A DNA stretch of 64,000 nucleotides from Spirochaetales bacterium (GTDB lineage Bacteria; Spirochaetota; Spirochaetia; JABEVK01), in NCBI GenBank assembly GCA_037142615.1, contig JBAXAI010000012.1:26415-90414 (forward strand), written 5' to 3'. Of the stretch, positions 59,046 to 64,000 are shown piece by piece. The notes beneath the pieces are model-generated. The model saw only the letters and a program-made list of their open reading frames with translations, did not search any database and was not told the origin of the DNA. Each line of letters begins with the position of its first letter. The stretch's first letter is position 1. Both the position numbers and the translations under genes were made by a program.

Positions 59046-59915
59046 GTGGTCACCGAAACCGACAGCGCCTTGCGCGGCAGCAACAACGTCAAAGGAACAG
59101 TGCTTCTGGTACTCCGCAAACGACAGGGTGAACACAAAAGCAGCCGCAGCGACTTGGGGTGGGAACTGCAAGAAGAAGTCGACCGGCAAGTGCAGACTCT
59201 GACCGGTCTGAACCAGAGCGCGAAGACTCTGTACCGAGACGAAAACTTGTTCAGCGACGCCGACCTACAGATGGCGGGCTACGCGGCGGCGCTGCGAGTG
59301 CTTACCCGGTACACATTCATCGACGGCAAAGACATGCGTATCGAGGCCGGGCGCCCCAAACAGAAGGGCAAGAAGGACTTTGTCGAGCAGCTGATCGACT
59401 TTGCCGTCGAGACCGCCAACGGGGCTTTGGTCCCCTTGGGGCTGGAACGTTCCGTGTGGGAAAAGCTTACCCCCGGCGAGCGGTTCTACCTCAAGATGAT
59501 CGACCTCGAGTCGCAAGGGGCCAAGTCGCTCGACAACTACCAAAACTTCGCCAAAGCGTTCAAGGTGCCTGACTACCGGCTGTACCTGGCCGAAGACCGG
59601 GCCAACCATGCCCGCCTTAAGTCAGGCGCCGATTTTGGACGCAGCGAAATGTCCGACTCTTCCGAACTGGCGGGCACCCGGCTCCGGGGCTTGCTGTATG
59701 GCTTGATGGAACTGGGCCAAGGCGTCGAGTCCGACGATGTGCTGGGTCACCTGAGTCTGAACGTGAAGAACTACTTCAACTGCCGTTTGGAACTTGTCGA
59801 AATCGCCGACTTCTTGGCCGCCAAGCTGGAGCACCTGGACGCCGACCAGGCCAGCCACGCACGCGTGCTGCGCGACCTGGTACGCCACCAGAAACTCGGC
59901 GCCTGGGAAAACTGA
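59046..59915 (+). CDS. C-terminal continuation of the methyltransferase reading frame (289 aa, same frame, separated only by TAG + one codon)
   Basis: 57081 and 59046 are both congruent mod 3. E plus F would give about 944 aa. Either a split gene or nonsense-interrupted pseudogene. Confidence 0.5.
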   Translation: MVTETDSALRGSNNVKGTVLLVLRKRQGEHKSSRSDLGWELQEEVDRQVQTLTGLNQSAKTLYRDENLFSDADLQMAGYAAALRVLTRYTFIDGKDMRIEAGRPKQKGKKDFVEQLIDFAVETANGALVPLGLERSVWEKLTPGERFYLKMIDLESQGAKSLDNYQNFAKAFKVPDYRLYLAEDRANHARLKSGADFGRSEMSDSSELAGTRLRGLLYGLMELGQGVESDDVLGHLSLNVKNYFNCRLELVEIADFLAAKLEHLDADQASHARVLRDLVRHQKLGAWEN

Positions 59916-62665
59916 TGCCGATTCGACGTTTTTCCTCGCTGCACGAGCGCCTCGACAAGAGCTTTCTGGCCGAACACCTCAAGGGTGCCCGCTCATATCG
60001 CCGCATCGCCGGGTACTTCCGGTCGTCCATCTTCGAGCTGGTGGGCGAAGAAATCGCCGGTATTCCCGACGTACGAATTCTGTGCAACAGCGAACTCGAT
60101 GTGCACGACATCAATGTAGCCCAGGAAGCCAGCCGCAACGTTGCCTTGAAGGAAAAGTGGAATCAGGTTCCTGTGGAAGTGGAAGGGCTACTCCACAAGC
60201 ACCGTTATAGGGCCCTCTACGACTTGCTCATGGCCGGAAACCTGAAGATCCAGGTGGTTCCCAAAGACAGCGTGTTCGTGCACGGCAAGGCGGGCGTCAT
60301 CGAAGGCGCCGATGGCAAGCGGATCGCCTTCTTGGGCTCGATCAACGAAAGCAAGTCGGCGTTCCTGACCAATTACGAAATTCTTTGGGAAGACGACAGC
60401 CCGGAAGGTGTCGCGTGGGTCGACCGTGAGTTTGACGAGCTTTGGAAGCGCAGCTACCCCTTGCCGCAAGCCATTATCGAAGAAATCGGCAGAGTGGCCA
60501 ACCGAACCGAGGTCAGGTTCGAGGATTTAGAAGACGCCGACATTCCCGCCTCGGCGTTGGTAGAGGCGCCCATCTACCGTGGCGGCGAGCAATTGCAGCC
60601 CTGGCAGCGGTCCTTCGTGACGCTATTTCAGAAGCATCGCGATATGTACGGCAAAGTACGCCTATTGCTGGCCGACGAAGTCGGGTTGGGAAAGACCCTC
60701 TCACTGGCCACCGCAGCGATGGTGGCCAACCTCATGGGCGATGGCCCCGTTCTCATCCTGTGCCCGGCGACCTTGGTGTGGCAATGGCAGGTCGAACTCA
60801 AAGATCGGCTGGGGATTCCCAGCTGCGTGTGGGAATCCAGCAAGAAGGTTTGGGTCGACCCCGAGGGCCGGGTGATCCCTACCAAGGGTGCCGAAGACAT
60901 CGCCAAGTGTCCCTTCCAAGTCGCCATTGTCTCTACGGGGCTCATTTTCCAATCGTCCCGCGCGCGCGAACCCGAGGTGTTGTTGCAGCGCCGGGGTGGC
61001 TACGGAACTGTAGTGCTGGACGAGGCACACAAAGCCCGCAAGCGCGGTGGCCTGGGCCAACGTGACGCCGAACCCAACAACCTGCTTGAGTTCATGCTCC
61101 GCATTGGCGAGAAAACTCGACACCTGCTTTTGGGAACGGCGACGCCCATCCAAACCAACGTGGAAGAGCTTTGGGACCTCATGGAGATCCTTTCGGTCAA
61201 GGCGGAGTTCGTGCTGGGTCGGGAAACGCCTTCTTACTGGCGCCGCATGGACTTCGCGCTCCCACTGATCAAAGGGGAATCGGTACCTGAAAGTGCGCTC
61301 GAAGCTTGGGATCTGCTTCGAAACCCACTGCCACCGATTCAGGAGACCTGCGAACCGGCTGCGATGATTCGGACCCTGCTCGAGTTGGAAGACAGTCGAT
61401 TCTTCGTTCCTACAGGATACCATCAGCTCGATCCGACCGTTCAGATGCAGGTAGACCAAGCTATGGAACCAGGTTTTTTTCGCGAACATAACCCTTTGCT
61501 CAGGCACGTCGTCTTGCGGAAACGGGCCCGATTGGAAGACTTGGGTCTGTTGGAACGCATCCGTGTCGACGTTCATCCGGACCCTGAATTGGGCCCTGGA
61601 GCCTACCCCGGAATCCCCTTTGCCGTAGAGGGACAGGGACTCCTGACCAATCAACCGTTCAACCTAGCTTACCGAGCTGCCGAGGAATTTACGCGCCTCC
61701 TTGCATCCAAAGTAAAGAGTGCGGGGTTCATGAAGTCCCTGATGCTGCAACGAATCTGCTCGAGCTTTGCGTCGGGACTTTCGACAGCCCGAAAGATCAT
61801 GGCAAAAGCAATCTTGGGCGACTCGGAAGATGAATCCCAATCGATGTCTGCCGTCTACGACGCCATTGGCGAAGAAGAACTCGCCCAACTGCAGATCATT
61901 GTTGACGAGCTTTCGCGGCCGGAAGCCCGTGACCCCAAACTGGGGGCGGTGAAGCATTTTCTGCTGGAACATCGGTCCGCGTTTGATGACACTTTGGCTC
62001 AACCTCACAACTGGCTCGAATACGGGTGCATCATCTTTTCGCAGTACTACGACACTGCGCTCTGGGTGGCGAAAGAGCTCGCCAGGGTGCTCCCCGACGA
62101 ACCGGTCGGTGTCTACGCTGGTTCAGAGAAGAGTGGGATCTACCGCAACGACGACTTCAGTAGCGTTGAGCGTCATCAGCTCAAACTTGCGGTCAAAGAT
62201 CGAAGTATCCGGCTCATGGTGGCTACCGACGCGGCGTGTGAGGGACTCAACCTTCAAACCCTTGGAACACTAATAAACGTTGACCTCCCGTGGAACCCGA
62301 GCCGTCTGGAACAACGTCTGGGCCGCATCAAGCGCTTTGGTCAGGCTCGCAGAAGCGTCGACATGCTCAATTTGGTCTACCACGACACCCAGGACCAGAA
62401 GGTCTATTCAGTGATTTCCCAGCGACTTAAGGACAAGTTCGACATTTTCGGCAGCCTTCCCGATACGATCGACGACGAGTGGATTGCCGACGAGCAAACA
62501 TTGGAAGAGCGACTAAATCAGTACCTCCATCTCCGTGATCAAGCCAAGAATGCGTTTGAACTCCGCTATGAAGATGACGTCGACCCCGAGAAGAATCGAT
62601 GGGAGCTTTGTAGCCGAGTTCTCAGTCGAAAGGACATCGAAGAGAGAATGGCAAAGAGTTGGTAA
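59915..62665 (+). CDS. PLD-family (HKD) nuclease domain fused to SNF2/DEAD-like superfamily 2 helicase
   Basis: N-terminal HxK...D / GSxN (VHGKAGVIEGADGKRIAFLGSINESKSAF). Helicase motif I LLADEVGLGKT, II VVLDEAHKARK, III LLLGTATPIQ, C-terminal helicase domain (MVATDAACEGLNLQ, QRLGRIKRFGQ). ATG overlaps upstream stop (TGATG). Confidence 0.8.
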   Translation: MPIRRFSSLHERLDKSFLAEHLKGARSYRRIAGYFRSSIFELVGEEIAGIPDVRILCNSELDVHDINVAQEASRNVALKEKWNQVPVEVEGLLHKHRYRALYDLLMAGNLKIQVVPKDSVFVHGKAGVIEGADGKRIAFLGSINESKSAFLTNYEILWEDDSPEGVAWVDREFDELWKRSYPLPQAIIEEIGRVANRTEVRFEDLEDADIPASALVEAPIYRGGEQLQPWQRSFVTLFQKHRDMYGKVRLLLADEVGLGKTLSLATAAMVANLMGDGPVLILCPATLVWQWQVELKDRLGIPSCVWESSKKVWVDPEGRVIPTKGAEDIAKCPFQVAIVSTGLIFQSSRAREPEVLLQRRGGYGTVVLDEAHKARKRGGLGQRDAEPNNLLEFMLRIGEKTRHLLLGTATPIQTNVEELWDLMEILSVKAEFVLGRETPSYWRRMDFALPLIKGESVPESALEAWDLLRNPLPPIQETCEPAAMIRTLLELEDSRFFVPTGYHQLDPTVQMQVDQAMEPGFFREHNPLLRHVVLRKRARLEDLGLLERIRVDVHPDPELGPGAYPGIPFAVEGQGLLTNQPFNLAYRAAEEFTRLLASKVKSAGFMKSLMLQRICSSFASGLSTARKIMAKAILGDSEDESQSMSAVYDAIGEEELAQLQIIVDELSRPEARDPKLGAVKHFLLEHRSAFDDTLAQPHNWLEYGCIIFSQYYDTALWVAKELARVLPDEPVGVYAGSEKSGIYRNDDFSSVERHQLKLAVKDRSIRLMVATDAACEGLNLQTLGTLINVDLPWNPSRLEQRLGRIKRFGQARRSVDMLNLVYHDTQDQKVYSVISQRLKDKFDIFGSLPDTIDDEWIADEQTLEERLNQYLHLRDQAKNAFELRYEDDVDPEKNRWELCSRVLSRKDIEERMAKSW

Positions 62666-62900
62666 GGGCTCCGGGCAGCGCCCGGCGAGGGGGTAGCGGA
62701 AGACCCCGCAGGCGCAGCCGAGGAGGCTGAAGCGAGGGGGAGACTTCCCCCCTTGGTCCAGTCGACCTACCAAGCTCCTCGGCCGAGATCGGGGCTTTGG
62801 CTAAGCCGAGGGAGAAGCGAGGACCGCAGGCGTACTGGAAGTACGTCGAGGACCGGAGCCGCCCTAGGCGACGCCAAAGACCCGAGATCGGCCGAGGAGG

Positions 62901-63537
62901 GCACGAGCCCATCGAGCACCGCCACATCGACTGCGAAGAAAGCTACACCGGCATCGTCACCGAAAAGCTGAGCATGCGCAAATGCCGCATGACCAACATG
63001 GTCAACCACGGCAGCGGTCGCGTGCGCCTGGAGTTTTCGGCCCCCAGCCGCTCGCTCATCGGTTACCGCGACGAGTTCCTCACCGATACCAAAGGCACCG
63101 GCCTGATGAACAGCTACCTCGCCGGCTACGAACCCTACCGCGGCGAAATCCCGAGCCGTAACAACGGCTCTTTGGTGTGCGACCGCCAGGGCGAAGCCGT
63201 GGCCTACGGCATTTTCCACCTCGAACCCCGCGGCCGCATTTTCGTGGTGCCCGGCGACAAGGTGTACGAAGGCATGATCGTCGGCGAACACAACCGCGAC
63301 CTCGACCTCGACATCAACGTGTGCAAGGAAAAGAAACTCAGCAACATGCGCTCCGCCGGCAAAGACGACAACATTTTGCTCACGCCCGTGAAGCCCATGA
63401 CGCTAGAGGCCAGCCTGAACTTTTTGCGCGACGACGAGTGGCTGGAAGTGACCCCGAAGAATTTGCGGTTGCGGAAGCAATACCTGGGGATTGCGGATCG
63501 GAAGCAACACAGTAAGAAACTCAACGACGGGGTGTAG
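62901..63537 (+). pseudogene. typA: diverged duplicate of the 3' terminal ~640 bp of typA (encodes C-terminal about 211 aa of TypA, no 5' part)
   Basis: Aligns with 51022-51658 at roughly 90% nucleotide identity with mostly synonymous differences. Encoded peptide nearly identical (…DKVYEG… vs …DKCYEG…). Confidence 0.8.
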
Positions 63538-63617
63538 CTAGGACCGGAGAGTTTTTGGCGAAGCCAGAAACTCTGGGGCTAAGGTACCGTAGGTGCCGTG
63601 CCCGCGCTCCATAAAAA

Positions 63618-63643
63618 CAGCCCCGTCAACGGGGCTGTTTGTT
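63618..63643 (+). terminator. rho-independent terminator after the typA fragment (CAGCCCCG-TCAA-CGGGGCTG + TTTGTT)
   Basis: Same conserved flanks as the typA terminator at 51696-51720 but a completely different stem sequence. Confidence 0.6.
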
Positions 63644-63735
63644 ATTGCGCTACCCCGGCGCAGACTTCGCTAGCGCCTGCCGGGCGTCGCCCGGAGCCCG
63701 GATCGCGTGCTATAACACTCCTGTGAGACCGATTC

Positions 63736-64000
63736 ATGGCGAATGAAGCCGCTGCCCGCCTCAAGATCAATCACTTGCTCACCACCGCCGGCTGGAGGCT
63801 CCTCGACGAAGGCGACCTGCGCGCCAACGTGCATGTCGAGGCCAAGAGCGACGCAGGGTTTGCAGACTACCTGCTGTTCGACTCGCAAGGCTTCCCGCTC
63901 GCGGTCATCGAGGCCAAGGCGCCTGCCAAGAACCCGTTGGTGGGCAAGGAACAGGCGCGCGGCTATGCCAAAGATCACCATGTGCGGTTTGTGTTCTTGT
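63736..64000 (+). CDS. hsdR: type I restriction enzyme R-subunit-like protein (HsdR N-terminal PD-(D/E)XK domain), 5' partial in window
   Basis: MANEAAARLKINHLLTTAGW...GFADYLLFDSQGFPLAVIEAKA matches the conserved HsdR/Res N-terminal nuclease motif (D...EAK). Continues past window end. Confidence 0.6.
   Translation, partial: MANEAAARLKINHLLTTAGWRLLDEGDLRANVHVEAKSDAGFADYLLFDSQGFPLAVIEAKAPAKNPLVGKEQARGYAKDHHVRFVFL

Noticed and set aside
51814-62665. Assigning the island to BREX or DISARM
   Set aside because: No PglZ, BrxL/Lon, BrxA/B or DUF1998 (DrmB) equivalents could be recognised. The layout differs from both, so it is left as a distinct, uncharacterised R-M-like system.

Overview
This is a high-GC (about 65%) bacterial chromosomal segment, almost fully coding, with many 1- or 4-bp stop/start overlaps between adjacent genes. 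The main chromosomal features, in order, are listed below.

- **Efflux locus:** a MacB/LolD-type ABC ATPase with two FtsX-type permeases, preceded by an outer-membrane-like secreted protein.
- **Carbohydrate cluster (minus strand):** an operon-like run from galT at 22395 down to a metallophosphoesterase gene at 8872, continuing to a GH13 pullulanase. It contains galT, galK, galE, an ABC-2 exporter-type transporter, a GH2 glycosidase, a GH36 alpha-galactosidase and aroK. A LacI-type palindromic operator lies upstream of galT and again upstream of a LacI-family regulator gene.
- **Quinone/respiratory trio:** a MenA-like prenyltransferase, a polyprenyl synthase and a cytochrome b.
- **Housekeeping and signalling genes:** a PAS-GGDEF cyclase, a TrmH methyltransferase, NadR, the M3 peptidase Dcp, FadD-like, NUDIX and an MCP.
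- **Rpn-type transposase-like pair:** an intact TIGR01784/Rpn-type PD-(D/E)XK 'transposase' gene head-to-head with a frameshifted paralogue.
- **Two-component system:** one histidine kinase and two OmpR-type regulators. Clusters of 11-bp-phased TTTGA(A/C)C direct repeats sit in front of three nearby genes. A 52-bp x11 minisatellite and a 26-bp inverted-repeat hairpin lie next to it.
- **Secreted repeat protein:** a 775-aa protein built from repeated 'GP[FY]' modules.

The most striking feature is an ~11 kb, apparently lower-GC island immediately downstream of an intact typA/bipA gene. A diverged second copy of the last ~640 bp of typA with its terminator follows the island. The island is a translationally coupled gene set with five components.

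- A ~1030-aa P-loop protein.
- A small acidic-tailed protein.
- An AAA/ABC-type ATPase followed by a small PD-(D/E)XK-like protein.
- An N6-adenine DNA methyltransferase, interrupted by a single in-frame TAG.
- A PLD(HKD)-SNF2 helicase fusion.

This is a restriction-modification-like or phage-defence-type system that is not a canonical type I, II or III R-M system. It is followed at the window edge by the N-terminus of a type I HsdR-like restriction subunit. No tRNA, rRNA or CRISPR array was found.
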